A stretch of 64,000 nt of DNA from an uncultured Bifidobacteriaceae bacterium (GTDB taxonomy: Bacteria > Actinomycetota > Acidimicrobiia > IMCC26256 > PALSA-555). The DNA lies in the NCBI GenBank assembly GCA_964532485.1, contig CAZHKE010000004.1:15501-79500 (forward strand), given 5' to 3'. Under the pieces are notes generated by a model. The model was given only the letters and a program-made list of their open reading frames with translations. It searched no databases and was not told the DNA's origin. Made by a program: the position numbers and the translations under genes. Shown here piece by piece: positions 42,176 to 51,419 of the stretch (position 1 is the stretch's first letter; each line of letters begins with the position of its first letter).

Positions 42176-43192
42176 TCACATCTCGCCGTAGAACCGGCGG
42201 AACTCGGCGCGCACCGCTGCGACGTCCGAACCGAGGGCGACGCGCCACACACCCTTGCCGTCGTAGAACTGCGCACGCGCGAGGTCGGCGAGCTCGGCCG
42301 GGATCAGGCCCTTCGTGATCCAGCGCGCGCGAAAGTCGAAGACGGTGGCGCCCCACGCCGCGCCGCCGGCGGTGTCGACCGACATCGGCAGCTCCTCGTA
42401 CGTGAGGAGCTCGGGGTTCGCGACCGCCATCATCGTGAGCGTGTCGTGCGACGCGCAGCCTTCCTCGGACTCGATCTCGCTCAGCGCGCGATACACCTCG
42501 AACGGTCCCGCCATGAACTCGGCCTGCGGCGTGCGCCGCTCGTTCAGGACGCTGAACTCCTCGTCGTGCATCGTGGCCGTCAGCGTCACGTCGAGCCCCA
42601 CCATCCGCGGAGGGTTGATCCATGGCGCAACTGCCATCTCGTTGGCGGCGACGGGATCGACCACGACGTTGAACTCGCCGTACGCGGTTGCGTTCCCCGG
42701 CGGCGATGCGACGCCGCCCATGATCACCAGCTCCTTCACGAGCTCGGGAAGCCGGGGCTCGACACGCAGCGCCAACGCCACGTTGGTGAACGGCCCGACC
42801 GCGACGAGGGTGATCTCGCCGGGCCGTTCGCGGCACAGCCGGACGATCAGCTCGGCACCCGACTCGCCGACCGGTTGGAGCGCGACGTCGGGCGGCGCAC
42901 GCCCTCCGAGCCCGTCCTCGCCGTGCATCAGCGTCGCAGGCGGCACCTCGGGGGCGGGCCCGAGCTGGTCCTCGGCTCCGACTGCGAACGGCACGTCGGG
43001 TCGTCGCGCCGCGTCGAGCACCTTCGCGACGTTGCGTGCCGTGGCGCCCGCGGAGAGCACTCCCGCGACCGTCGTGACGGCGAGCAGGTCGAGCTCGGGC
43101 GCCACGAGGCCGTACCAGAGCGCCGAGTAGTCGTCGACGCCCCCGTCGGTGTCGAGGATCACCGGAACCCGCCTCGCTTCACGCTCGCTCAT
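42176..43192 (-). CDS. Nucleoside hydrolase (IUNH family), copy 2
   Basis: Track ORF 42176..43471 was trimmed to ATG 43192. Sequence: MSEREARRVPVILDTDGGVDDYSALWYGL, GPFTNVALAL. Confidence 0.85.
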   Translation of the reverse strand: MSEREARRVPVILDTDGGVDDYSALWYGLVAPELDLLAVTTVAGVLSAGATARNVAKVLDAARRPDVPFAVGAEDQLGPAPEVPPATLMHGEDGLGGRAPPDVALQPVGESGAELIVRLCRERPGEITLVAVGPFTNVALALRVEPRLPELVKELVIMGGVASPPGNATAYGEFNVVVDPVAANEMAVAPWINPPRMVGLDVTLTATMHDEEFSVLNERRTPQAEFMAGPFEVYRALSEIESEEGCASHDTLTMMAVANPELLTYEELPMSVDTAGGAAWGATVFDFRARWITKGLIPAELADLARAQFYDGKGVWRVALGSDVAAVRAEFRRFYGEM

Positions 43193-43233
43193 CGGACCTG
43201 CCGCGGTCGCCCCACTCGGTGCCTGCCCCGATG

Positions 43234-44322
43234 TCACTGGCCCAGGACGTGCGTAGCGACGCGCTCGAGGTGAGATTCCGGGTCGCCGAGGAGGAGCTCG
43301 TCGACCTTCACGCGCCGCAGATAGAGGTGGAGGTCGTGCTCCCAGGTGATTGCGATGCCACCGTGGATCTGCACCGCGTCGCCGACCACCGTGACCGCGT
43401 GCTCGGTCGCGGTCGCCTTCGCGGTCGCGGCCGCGACATCGGCGTGGGTCGTACCTGCTTCCACCTCCCACGCGCCGAAGTAGGTGGCGGACCGGGCGTT
43501 CTCGACTGCCACCAGCATCTCGGCCGCCTTGTGCTTCACGGCCTGGAACACTCCGATCGGCTGTCCGAACTGCTGGCGCACCTTGGCGTAGTCGGCACTG
43601 AGCTCGAGCGACCGTCCCGCGGCGCCTGTCGCGTCGGCGGCCAGGGCGACGTACGCGCGCCGCCGCGCGTCGTCGAGCGCGTCGTCGGCGCCCCCTACCG
43701 CGCCCAGCGGCTCACCCTCGGCGGCTTCGAGCACCACCTCTGCCGGACGCCGGGTGCGGTCGAGGGCAGGCAGGTCCTCGACAGAGGCGCCGGAGGTGGC
43801 GGTCCGCACCGCGTACACCGACTGCCCGTCACCCTCGACGACGGGTACGAGCACGAGGTCGGCGGCGGCGCCTTCGACGACGAGCGGCAGTCGGCCGGTG
43901 AGCCGCCCGTCGGCGCAGCGCACCTCACCCGGCGTGTTGCCCGTGCCCGGGCCGGTGAGCGCGACCGCGACGACGAGGGCACCGCTGGCGATGGCAGTGC
44001 CGATCTCGGCGGTTTGCTCGGCGGAGCCGAGCGCGCCGACGAGGAAGCCGCCCATCACCGTGGTCGCCAGGAACGGGACCGGTGCGACCGCGCGCCCGAG
44101 CTCCTCGGCCACCACGACCTGGTCGATCAGGCCGCCGCCGCTCCCGCCGTGAGCCTCGTCGATGCCGAGCCCGAGCGCGCCCGCGTCGGCCAGCATCGCC
44201 CAGAGCTCTCGGTCGACGGCGGGCCCGCCGTCGTAGGCCGCGCGCGGGTTCGCCCGTTCGACGAGCAGGCGACGCAGCGACGCCCGCAGCTCGTCCTGCT
44301 CGGAGGTGAACTGATACTCCAC
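43234..44322 (-). CDS. Acyl-CoA dehydrogenase
   Basis: Track ORF 43234..44628 was trimmed to GTG 44322. VEYQFTSEQDELRASLRRLL, YAKVRQQFGQPIGVFQAVKHKAAEM, QIHGGIAITWEHDLHLYLRR. Confidence 0.85.
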   Translation of the reverse strand: MEYQFTSEQDELRASLRRLLVERANPRAAYDGGPAVDRELWAMLADAGALGLGIDEAHGGSGGGLIDQVVVAEELGRAVAPVPFLATTVMGGFLVGALGSAEQTAEIGTAIASGALVVAVALTGPGTGNTPGEVRCADGRLTGRLPLVVEGAAADLVLVPVVEGDGQSVYAVRTATSGASVEDLPALDRTRRPAEVVLEAAEGEPLGAVGGADDALDDARRRAYVALAADATGAAGRSLELSADYAKVRQQFGQPIGVFQAVKHKAAEMLVAVENARSATYFGAWEVEAGTTHADVAAATAKATATEHAVTVVGDAVQIHGGIAITWEHDLHLYLRRVKVDELLLGDPESHLERVATHVLGQ

Positions 44323-44404
44323 GGCGCTAGCCTCGGCTTCGTTGCGGGATCGTGCAAGTCTTGCGCGCGAGCGACAGATCAGCCGAGCGGGAGCCCGACG
44401 GGAC

Positions 44405-45217
44405 GTGCCGGACCAGACATCATCGAGCTGGGAGACGATCCGGGTCGAACGTGATGGTGGCGTGACGCTCGTGACGATCGACCGGCCCGAACGGATGAAC
44501 GCGATCAACAGCGTGATGATGGACGAGCTCGAGCGCTTCTGGGAGGCCTTCGACCGCGATCCCGACCAACGGGTCGCGATCGTCACCGGCTCCGGCGACC
44601 GGGCGTTCTGTGTGGGTGCGGACGTCAAGGAGATCGCCGAGCTGGGCGCGCTCCCCGAGCGCCAACGTCACCCCGACGTGCGCATCGCATCTCGGATCAC
44701 GCCGCTGCAATCACGCGTCTCGAAGCCCACGATCTGCGCGGTCAACGGCATCTGCGCTGGCGGGGGCCTGCACTTCGTGGCCGACTGCGACGTGTCGATC
44801 GCCGCCGAGGAAGCGACGTTCGTCGACCCGCACGTCAGCGTCGGGCAGGTCAGCGCGCTCGAGCCGATCGTCCTCGCGCGGCGGGTCCCGCTCGGCGCGC
44901 TGCTGCGCATGGTGCTCGTCGGGAGCCACGAGACCCTCACCGCGCGGCGCGCGTACGAGCTCGGGATCGTCACCGAGGTCGTCCCGCGAGCCGAGCTGGG
45001 CGACCGCAGCCTCGACCTCGCGCGCAAGATCGCGTCGAACTCCCCGGCCGCGATCGCGGCCAGCCGAAGGGCCGTGTGGGACTCCCTGGAGATGTCGTTG
45101 GAGGCCGCGCGCCAGCACGGGTGGGACCTGCTGATGACCCACTGGGGCCACCCCGACTTCGACGAGGGTCCGCGCGCCTTCGCCGAGAAGCGCACACCGG
45201 ACTGGCACCGCCAGTAG
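44405..45217 (+). CDS. Enoyl-CoA hydratase/isomerase (crotonase) family
   Basis: Track ORF 44342..45217 was trimmed to GTG 44405 (start uncertain). VTLVTIDRPERMNAIN, AFCVGADVKE, ICAVNGICAGGGLHFV. Confidence 0.85.
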   Translation: MPDQTSSSWETIRVERDGGVTLVTIDRPERMNAINSVMMDELERFWEAFDRDPDQRVAIVTGSGDRAFCVGADVKEIAELGALPERQRHPDVRIASRITPLQSRVSKPTICAVNGICAGGGLHFVADCDVSIAAEEATFVDPHVSVGQVSALEPIVLARRVPLGALLRMVLVGSHETLTARRAYELGIVTEVVPRAELGDRSLDLARKIASNSPAAIAASRRAVWDSLEMSLEAARQHGWDLLMTHWGHPDFDEGPRAFAEKRTPDWHRQ

Positions 45218-45241
45218 CGCGACGAGGAGACGGAGGCGGCG

Positions 45242-45451
45242 ATGGCGATCGAGGTCCGCATCGACGAGGGCGCCTGCATGGGCTCGCACGAGTGCTCCTT
45301 CTGGGCACCAGGGGTCTTCGACAACCGTGAGGACGGCAAGGCGTTCGTCGTCGACACGTCGGCGCAGCCCCGCGACAAGATCGTCGATGCGGCGAAGCGG
45401 TGCCCGAACTTCGCGATCGCCGTCTTCGAGGACGGCACGCAGATCGCGTGA
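45242..45451 (+). CDS. Small ferredoxin, [3Fe-4S]-type as commonly paired with actinobacterial P450s
   Basis: 69 aa with the cluster motif CMGSHEC...CP (CxxHxxC...CP). Preceded by GGAGACGGAGG. Confidence 0.8.
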   Translation: MAIEVRIDEGACMGSHECSFWAPGVFDNREDGKAFVVDTSAQPRDKIVDAAKRCPNFAIAVFEDGTQIA

Positions 45452-45460
45452 CCGGCGGCG

Positions 45461-46648
45461 TCAGGCCGGCGTGAACACCACCGGCAGGTGCTTGGGGCCG
45501 CGGAAGGCAAAGAAGTTGACCTTCTCGTAGACGAAGTCGGGTGCAAGCCGAGGCTCGGCGACGTGGTCGAACAGCTCGTTCATCAGGATGCGGGTCTGCA
45601 GACGAGCCAACGGCGCGCCGACGCACAGGTGCGGCCCGAGGCCGAACGCCATGTGGTTGGTCACCAGGCCGCGGTCGAGGTCGAACTCCGCGGCATGGTC
45701 GTAGACCGATTCGTCGCGGTTGGCCGATCCCATGCTGACGATCACCCGCTCGCCCTGCTTGATCGGACACTCCGCGAGATCGGTGTCGCGTGTCGCGGTC
45801 CGGAACATGAGCTGGACCGGCGAGTCGTGGCGCAGCGACTCCTCGATGGCGGCAGGCAGGAGCTCGCGATCCGCGCGCACGCGCTGGTACCGCTCGGGGA
45901 CCCGGATCAGCTCGTGGCAGAGGTTCGCGATCAAGTTGGTCGTCGTCTCGTTCCCCGCCATGAGCATGAAGCGGACCTGCGTGACGACCTCGGTGTCGGT
46001 CAGGTGGCGGCCGTCGGTGAGCTCGTGCGAGATCATCCGCGTGATGATGTCGTCGGGTGGGTCGTCCTCGGCGCGACGCAGCCGCACCTGCTCGAGGATG
46101 TACGCGTTGAACTCGTGCTCCGTGTCCGTGCGGGTGCGCTGGCCGCCCGGTGACGATGCCTTGTCCTCGACCATGTCGGCCGTCCACGCGTGGAAGCGGT
46201 CGTGGTCCGACTCGGGCACGCCGAGCATGTTCGCGATGACCTTCGACGGCAGCGGCACCGCGAAATCGGTGACGAGGTCGGCTCGGCCGGTCGACGCGAA
46301 GCGTCCGACGACGTCCTCGGCGAGCGCGCGGATGTACGGCTCGGCATCGGCGATCGCGGCCGGGGACAGCGCGGTGAGGAGCAGCCGACGGATCGGCCCG
46401 TGGCGGGGTGGATCGATCTCGTTCAGGGTCTGCTCCTCGGCCGGCTTCTCGCCGCCGAGGCGCAGGCCGCCCGCGTTCGAGAAGATCTCCCAGTTGCGGA
46501 AGACGAACGCGGTGTCGGGGTGGCGAACCACGAAGTTCACGCCGGGGACGGGCTTGCTGACCGGGCTGCGGTCGCGGAGCTCGGCCAGCCGCTCGTACGG
46601 TTCGGCAGCATCGTCCGGGTCGAGGGGGTTGAACGCCTCGTCGGCCAC
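45461..46648 (-). CDS. Cytochrome P450
   Basis: Track ORF 45461..47266 was trimmed to GTG 46648. FGLGPHLCVGAPLARLQ, MAGNETTTN, EESLRHDSPV. A promoter-like TTGACA-17nt-CAAGAT ends 6 nt before the GTG. Confidence 0.9.
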   Translation of the reverse strand: MADEAFNPLDPDDAAEPYERLAELRDRSPVSKPVPGVNFVVRHPDTAFVFRNWEIFSNAGGLRLGGEKPAEEQTLNEIDPPRHGPIRRLLLTALSPAAIADAEPYIRALAEDVVGRFASTGRADLVTDFAVPLPSKVIANMLGVPESDHDRFHAWTADMVEDKASSPGGQRTRTDTEHEFNAYILEQVRLRRAEDDPPDDIITRMISHELTDGRHLTDTEVVTQVRFMLMAGNETTTNLIANLCHELIRVPERYQRVRADRELLPAAIEESLRHDSPVQLMFRTATRDTDLAECPIKQGERVIVSMGSANRDESVYDHAAEFDLDRGLVTNHMAFGLGPHLCVGAPLARLQTRILMNELFDHVAEPRLAPDFVYEKVNFFAFRGPKHLPVVFTPA

Positions 46649-46683
46649 GACGGCATCTTGCGGAGCACCGCAATCATTGTCAA
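46649..46683 (-). promoter_or_regulatory. Putative promoter giving a leaderless P450 transcript
   Basis: Read on the minus strand: TTGACA (46683..46678), 17 nt, CAAGAT (46660..46655), 6 nt, then GTG 46648. There is no Shine-Dalgarno. Confidence 0.45.
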
Positions 46684-46726
46684 GACGAGCAAGATACAGT
46701 CGGCCGTCCGAGCGGGAGGAGCACCG

Positions 46727-47527
46727 ATGGACCTGGGCCTGGAGGGCAAGGTGGCGCTGATCGCCGGGGCGAGTGAGGGGATGGGTCGGGGCACCGCGCT
46801 CGTCCTCGGCGCCGAGGGCGCGCAGCTCGCGCTGGTCGCGCGCACGGCGGCCACGCTCGAGAAGACCGCCGCAGAGGTCGCGGAGCGAACCGGCGCGGAG
46901 GTCGCGCCCTTCGCAGCCGACGTGATCGACACCGCTGAAGTCGAGCGGGTCGTCGCCGAGGTGAGAGACAGGTTCGGAACCGTCGACGTGCTGGTGAACA
47001 CGGTGGGTGCCTGCGAGACGGTGCCAGAGCTCGCCGACCGCACCGACGACGTGTGGCAGCGTGCATACGACTCGGTCCTCATGGCGGCGGTGAGGGCCTG
47101 CCGAGCGGTGGTCCCGATCATGCAGGAGCACGGTGGGGGAGCAATCGTCAACATCTCGGCGATGTCGGTGCGTCATTGGATCCCTCGCATCGAGCACTAC
47201 TCGGCGGCCAAGGCTGCGCTCGCGCACTTCACGAAGAACCTCGCGCGTGAGTTCGCACACGATCACATTCGTTCGAACGCGGTGATGCCGGGCTGGATCG
47301 GCTCGGAGAGCGTGCGCCGGAACCTCGAACCGCGTTGTCGTGACCTCGGCCTCGACACAGTGGACGACTACTTCCCGATCGGCAACGAGCGCATGGGTGG
47401 CGTCACCTGGGCGGACCGCATGGGCACGCCCGAGGAGATCGGCAACGTCGTCGCGTTCCTTGCGTCGGAGCGGGCGAGCTACGTCAACGGCGCGCTCGTC
47501 AACGTCGACGGCGGCTCGAGCTTCTGA
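46727..47527 (+). CDS. Short-chain dehydrogenase/reductase, paralog of 16096..16878
   Basis: Track ORF 46190..47527 was trimmed to ATG 46727, 5 nt after GGGAGGAG. KVALIAGASEGMGRGTAL, NISAMSVRHWIPRIEHYSAAKAAL, AHFTKNLAREFAHD, a C-terminal NVDGGSSF. Confidence 0.9.
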   Translation: MDLGLEGKVALIAGASEGMGRGTALVLGAEGAQLALVARTAATLEKTAAEVAERTGAEVAPFAADVIDTAEVERVVAEVRDRFGTVDVLVNTVGACETVPELADRTDDVWQRAYDSVLMAAVRACRAVVPIMQEHGGGAIVNISAMSVRHWIPRIEHYSAAKAALAHFTKNLAREFAHDHIRSNAVMPGWIGSESVRRNLEPRCRDLGLDTVDDYFPIGNERMGGVTWADRMGTPEEIGNVVAFLASERASYVNGALVNVDGGSSF

Positions 47528-47566
47528 CCGGCGCGCGGGGGCATCCGGGCGGCTCGTGGACCGGCA

Positions 47567-49288
47567 TCACGGGGGATCCGCTCCCGGCGTCGACGCGCCG
47601 TCAGCCATGAGCTCGACGTCGCCGCGCGTGCCGTCCACGGTGACCGTCTGACCGGTCGCGAGGCGCGTCGAGCAGTCCTTGACGTTGATGACACACGGGA
47701 TCCCGAGCTCGCGGGCGATCACCGCGCCGTGCGAGAGCGCGCCGCCGAGGTCGATCACCGCCGCGGCGGCGTCGAGGAAGAGCGGTGTCCACGCCGGGTC
47801 GGTGGTGCGCGCCACGAGGACCTCACCCGGCTGGAGGTCGGCGGCGAACGGATCGGTGACGACCCGCACCTTGGCGGTGGCCATGCCCGGCGACGCGCCG
47901 AGCCCGTGCAACACCGGGCTGTCTGTCACCCCGGACCCGCCGACCGGCGCGGACGGGAGCAGCCCGAGCTGGCGAATGCGCTCGTCGGGAACGACGTCGA
48001 CCGAGCCGGGCGCCGCGAGGAACAGCTCGGGGAGCTCGAGGACGCGCGCGCGCTCGTGCACGCCGCGACGCCGCGCGACGTCGTCACGGCGATCAGGCGG
48101 GTTGGCCCGCACCACGTCGGCGACCACCTCGTCGAACGTGAGGAACCATCCGTCCTCGGGACGGTCGATCGCGCCACGGTCGACGAGCCGTCGCGCGGCC
48201 TCGCGGGCAGCGAGCCGGAGCCGCGCCACGCCCAACACCTCGGGCACCTTCGTGTTCTCCCGCCAGCGCAGGTGATGCTCGAGGCTCCGGAGCAGCCCGG
48301 CGAGAACTGGCCGGCGCGGTCCGGCATCCGCGCGAAGCCGCGCGCGCGCCGCGGCGACATCGCGTTCGACCGCGCGGTTGCGCTCGTCGCCGCGCGACCT
48401 CGTCTGCTCGACGAGCATCTCGAGGTACCGGTCGTCCTCGCCCCACGGGCGTGACGCGAGCTCGTACTCGATCGGTCCGCGGAACCCGTACTCCGTACGC
48501 CACGCGTCGAGTGTCATCAAGCCGTCGCCGACGCGACCGAGTGCAGTCATCGCATCGCTCGTGTGGATCCCGCCGATGTTGGTCATCGCGCGAGCCGCCA
48601 GTGCCGGACCCTCGTCCCCGCTGGTGCGCGTCGCGAGCTTCACGAGCTGCTCGTAGACGCTCGCTGCGATCATGTTCGACACGAGGAGCGGGACGCGCCA
48701 ACGCTCTGCGTTGACTGCGTAGAACGCGAGCTCTGCGACGAGCTCGGAGTCGTCGACGGCCGCCCAGTCGAGGTCAAGCGCCTGCTCCCAACGGCGACGA
48801 TTCTCCGCCTCGTAGACGCGGGAGTCGCGGGGGTATCGCCGCATCGCGCGCAGGACCCGCGCGCCGACCGAGGCGATCTGGCGTGGGCTGCCGCCGCCCG
48901 CCGGCTCGGCCCAGTCCGGGTCGGGCGGCAGACCGAAGTACTGCTCGCCGACCGCCTGCGCCGACCAGCCCGGCACGGCATCGGCCATGCGGAGCGTCGG
49001 CTCGAGCCCGACGGCGACGAACCCGTAGAACACGCCGGCACAGTCGACGACCGGCGCGCGCTCGATCAGGCCGAGCACGTCGGTGTACGTGGTCGGCAAC
49101 GAGCGGATCTGGGGCACCGCGACCGCCGTCTGCGTGAGCGGCGTCACCGGGTTCGGCCACTGGTCGGCGCCGTTGGCCCGGGTGTAGAGCCGCGGCTCGG
49201 CGGGCCACGTGCAGAGCTCGTCGTCGAGGTTCGCGAGGTCGCGCACGAGGTCCTCGGGTGTGTGCGCCGCCCTGTTGGGTCGCGTCAT
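47567..49288 (-). CDS. PEP-utilizer swivel-histidine protein without a recognisable ATP-grasp domain (RPH/PpsA-like substrate region plus mobile His domain), paralog b
   Basis: Track ORF 47567..49369 was trimmed to ATG 49288 (AAGGAG upstream). N-terminal ANGADQWPNPVTPLTQ. C-terminal GASPGMATAKVRVV...QPGEVLVARTTDPAWTPLFLDAAAAVIDLGGALSHGAVIARELGIPCVINV. Length ~573 aa. Confidence 0.85.
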   Translation of the reverse strand: MTRPNRAAHTPEDLVRDLANLDDELCTWPAEPRLYTRANGADQWPNPVTPLTQTAVAVPQIRSLPTTYTDVLGLIERAPVVDCAGVFYGFVAVGLEPTLRMADAVPGWSAQAVGEQYFGLPPDPDWAEPAGGGSPRQIASVGARVLRAMRRYPRDSRVYEAENRRRWEQALDLDWAAVDDSELVAELAFYAVNAERWRVPLLVSNMIAASVYEQLVKLATRTSGDEGPALAARAMTNIGGIHTSDAMTALGRVGDGLMTLDAWRTEYGFRGPIEYELASRPWGEDDRYLEMLVEQTRSRGDERNRAVERDVAAARARLRADAGPRRPVLAGLLRSLEHHLRWRENTKVPEVLGVARLRLAAREAARRLVDRGAIDRPEDGWFLTFDEVVADVVRANPPDRRDDVARRRGVHERARVLELPELFLAAPGSVDVVPDERIRQLGLLPSAPVGGSGVTDSPVLHGLGASPGMATAKVRVVTDPFAADLQPGEVLVARTTDPAWTPLFLDAAAAVIDLGGALSHGAVIARELGIPCVINVKDCSTRLATGQTVTVDGTRGDVELMADGASTPGADPP

Positions 49289-49304
49289 GGGCTCTCGCAC
49301 TCCT

Positions 49305-50162
49305 TCACGAGAGCCGGCGCAGGATGCCGTGCTCGGCGACCGCGGTCCCGTGGCCAGCCGCACCCGCATCGAGTGCCATGCACTCCTCGTAGGCCGCGAA
49401 CGTCGGCCCGCGCCGTTCGACCCCCATCGGTGCCCAGAACCCGACGCTGCTGCCGGCGCGCAACGTCAACGGACCGGTGCCCTCGACGACGACATCGAGT
49501 GCCCCCAGCAGCCCGGAGGCGGTCCGTGTGATCTCGGCGCTCACCACGGGCGTGGCGCTCGTGCCGAGCCGGTAGCCGCCGACCCGTGTCCCGCCGTCGG
49601 GCTCGAGGAACTTCGTCACGGTCAGGTCCCAATCGTCGAAGCACGCTCCGAGTGCGAGGTACTCGACGAACATCAGCGACTCGTCACGGAAGCCCCACGT
49701 GCGGTCGCGGAACCCGCGTGCCTCGACGTCGACGCGCCGATCGGCGATGATCAAGGTTCCGGTGACGTCGGCACCTTGCTGGTAGTGGGTGAGGGCGGGG
49801 TGTCCGGGCAACGGCGGGATCAGGTCGAGCGCGGTGTAGTCGGCGGGCACGTGGCGCGGCGTGGCGATGAGGTCGAGCGACATCCCTTCCGCGCGGACGC
49901 GGACGGGACCGTCGACGCCGAAGTCGATCGAGTCGCCGGTGAAGGTCGACGGTCCGAGGGGTTCGACGACCTCGGCGAGCCGACCGTCGACGACCACGCT
50001 CGCGCGAGCGCGACCGCCGTGGCCGGGCGACGTCGACACGTGGACCGCGCCACAGACGCCTCGCTCCTGGTCGAAGAACGAGAGGAACGCGTTCTCCCGC
50101 CATGGTGCGGTCTCGTCGTCCCGGGCGTGGAAGGGCTCGGCGAGTGGACCCCAGGTCGTCAC
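49305..50162 (-). CDS. Hypothetical protein (285 aa), beta-rich. No family recognised.
   Basis: Track ORF 49305..50390 was trimmed to GTG 50162, which overlaps the upstream stop (GTGA). Sequence: VTTWGPLAEPFHARDDETAPWRENAFLSFFDQERGVCGAVHVSTS...RGFRDRTWGFRDE. Confidence 0.65.
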   Translation of the reverse strand: MTTWGPLAEPFHARDDETAPWRENAFLSFFDQERGVCGAVHVSTSPGHGGRARASVVVDGRLAEVVEPLGPSTFTGDSIDFGVDGPVRVRAEGMSLDLIATPRHVPADYTALDLIPPLPGHPALTHYQQGADVTGTLIIADRRVDVEARGFRDRTWGFRDESLMFVEYLALGACFDDWDLTVTKFLEPDGGTRVGGYRLGTSATPVVSAEITRTASGLLGALDVVVEGTGPLTLRAGSSVGFWAPMGVERRGPTFAAYEECMALDAGAAGHGTAVAEHGILRRLS

Positions 50163-51400
50163 TCGTCCACGACACGCTGCGCCTTGTAGGCCGACCGCGG
50201 CAGCGTCCCATCGGGCACGGCCTCGACGACCACCGGCACACCGATCGCAGCCGTGAGCCGGTCCGCGAGATCGCCGGCAGGGGTGCCCTCGATGCGGACC
50301 GTGAGCACGTCGGCGGGGGAGGCGGGGCGAACGAGCACGAACTCGGCGTCGGCGGGCACCTCCATCCACACGTCGATCGGGAGCACCCATCGGCCTTGCA
50401 CCTCGACGATGTCCTTGCCGCGGCCCTCCCAGAACGCACGCCGCGAGGTCTCGCCGCAGTCGCAGGGCTCGGACTCGAGCCGGATGACGTCCTCCATGTC
50501 GTAGCGGATCATCGAGTTGTCGCGACCGAGCGACGTGATCACGAAGTAGCCGCGCTGCCCGTCAGGCACGGGGGCTCCGGTGGCGGGGTCGAGCGCCTCG
50601 ACGATCGCGTAGTCCTCGGCCAGGTGCGAGCCGCGCCCGGGTGAGCACGCGCTGCCGAGGAAGCCCACGCACTCCTGGCCCGCGCTGATGCGGTCGTACT
50701 GGTACGTGGGGCCGATCTCCTCGGGCTCCGGGAGTGTCCCCTGGTAGCCGAGGCGGGCCGCGGCCTCACGGAACCGGTGGAGCGCGGCCGGGAACAGCCC
50801 CCAGTGGTCGATCGGGATGTGCTCGATCGCGCGCAGCGCCGTCTCGGCAGCGTCCACCGACTCGGGCGGACCCAATGAGATCGAGAGGCACCCCATCGAC
50901 TCGTAGAGCGCTGAGATGAACGCCTGACCGCCGTTGAGATAGCCGGGATGCGCGTTGGCCACGATCATCCCGGGCCGGATGCCGAGACGCCACTGCATGC
51001 GCGCGCCGAGCTCGCATTCGAGCGCGAGGTCGTGCCGCGTCCACAGCGAGAACGTCGGTCGGCCGGTCGTCCCCGTCGACATCGCGAGCCTGATCGCACC
51101 GCGCAGGCCCGAGACGCGGTAGTCGCCGACGGGCGGGTGCTCGGCCTCGTTCTCGCGCAACGCCTGTTTCTGGAAGCGGGGGATGCGCGGGAGGTCGTCG
51201 AGCGTCTTGACGTCGTCGGGTCGGATGCCGGCCGCGTCGAAGCGGCGCCGGAAGAATCCCGTGCCCTCGTAGGCGCGCCCGACGGCTTCGCGCAGCCGCT
51301 CCTCTTGCAGCGCACGCAGCGCGTCGCGCGGCATCGTCTGCGCCTCTTCGTTCCAATAGCGCCGGTCGGTCGCAGGGGTGATGTCTGTGCTCGAGGGCAA
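50159..51400 (-). CDS. PaaK / F390 synthetase-type adenylate-forming enzyme, paralog 2
   Basis: Track ORF 50159..51664 was trimmed to TTG 51400 (GAGGAGAG 5 nt upstream). The N-terminus aligns to paralog 1 (RYWNEEAQTMPRDALRALQEERL vs ELWDPAVQALDPTEVEARAAAGL). Motif MSTGTTGRPTFSLW. Confidence 0.8.
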   Translation of the reverse strand: MPSSTDITPATDRRYWNEEAQTMPRDALRALQEERLREAVGRAYEGTGFFRRRFDAAGIRPDDVKTLDDLPRIPRFQKQALRENEAEHPPVGDYRVSGLRGAIRLAMSTGTTGRPTFSLWTRHDLALECELGARMQWRLGIRPGMIVANAHPGYLNGGQAFISALYESMGCLSISLGPPESVDAAETALRAIEHIPIDHWGLFPAALHRFREAAARLGYQGTLPEPEEIGPTYQYDRISAGQECVGFLGSACSPGRGSHLAEDYAIVEALDPATGAPVPDGQRGYFVITSLGRDNSMIRYDMEDVIRLESEPCDCGETSRRAFWEGRGKDIVEVQGRWVLPIDVWMEVPADAEFVLVRPASPADVLTVRIEGTPAGDLADRLTAAIGVPVVVEAVPDGTLPRSAYKAQRVVDE

Positions 51401-51419
51401 GGGAGCTCTCCTCGGGTGA

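Noticed and set aside
45461-47266. Long N-terminal extensions in the track for many genes. Other examples: 337..1686, 1755..3353, 42176..43471, 43234..44628, 47567..49369, 50159..51664, 51420..53108, 52331..53386, 52860..54950, 55639..56919.
   Set aside because: The track reports the longest ORF. In each case the extension overlaps a neighbouring real gene or is low-complexity. A later in-frame ATG/GTG/TTG, often with a Shine-Dalgarno or a stop/start overlap, reproduces the expected family N-terminus.
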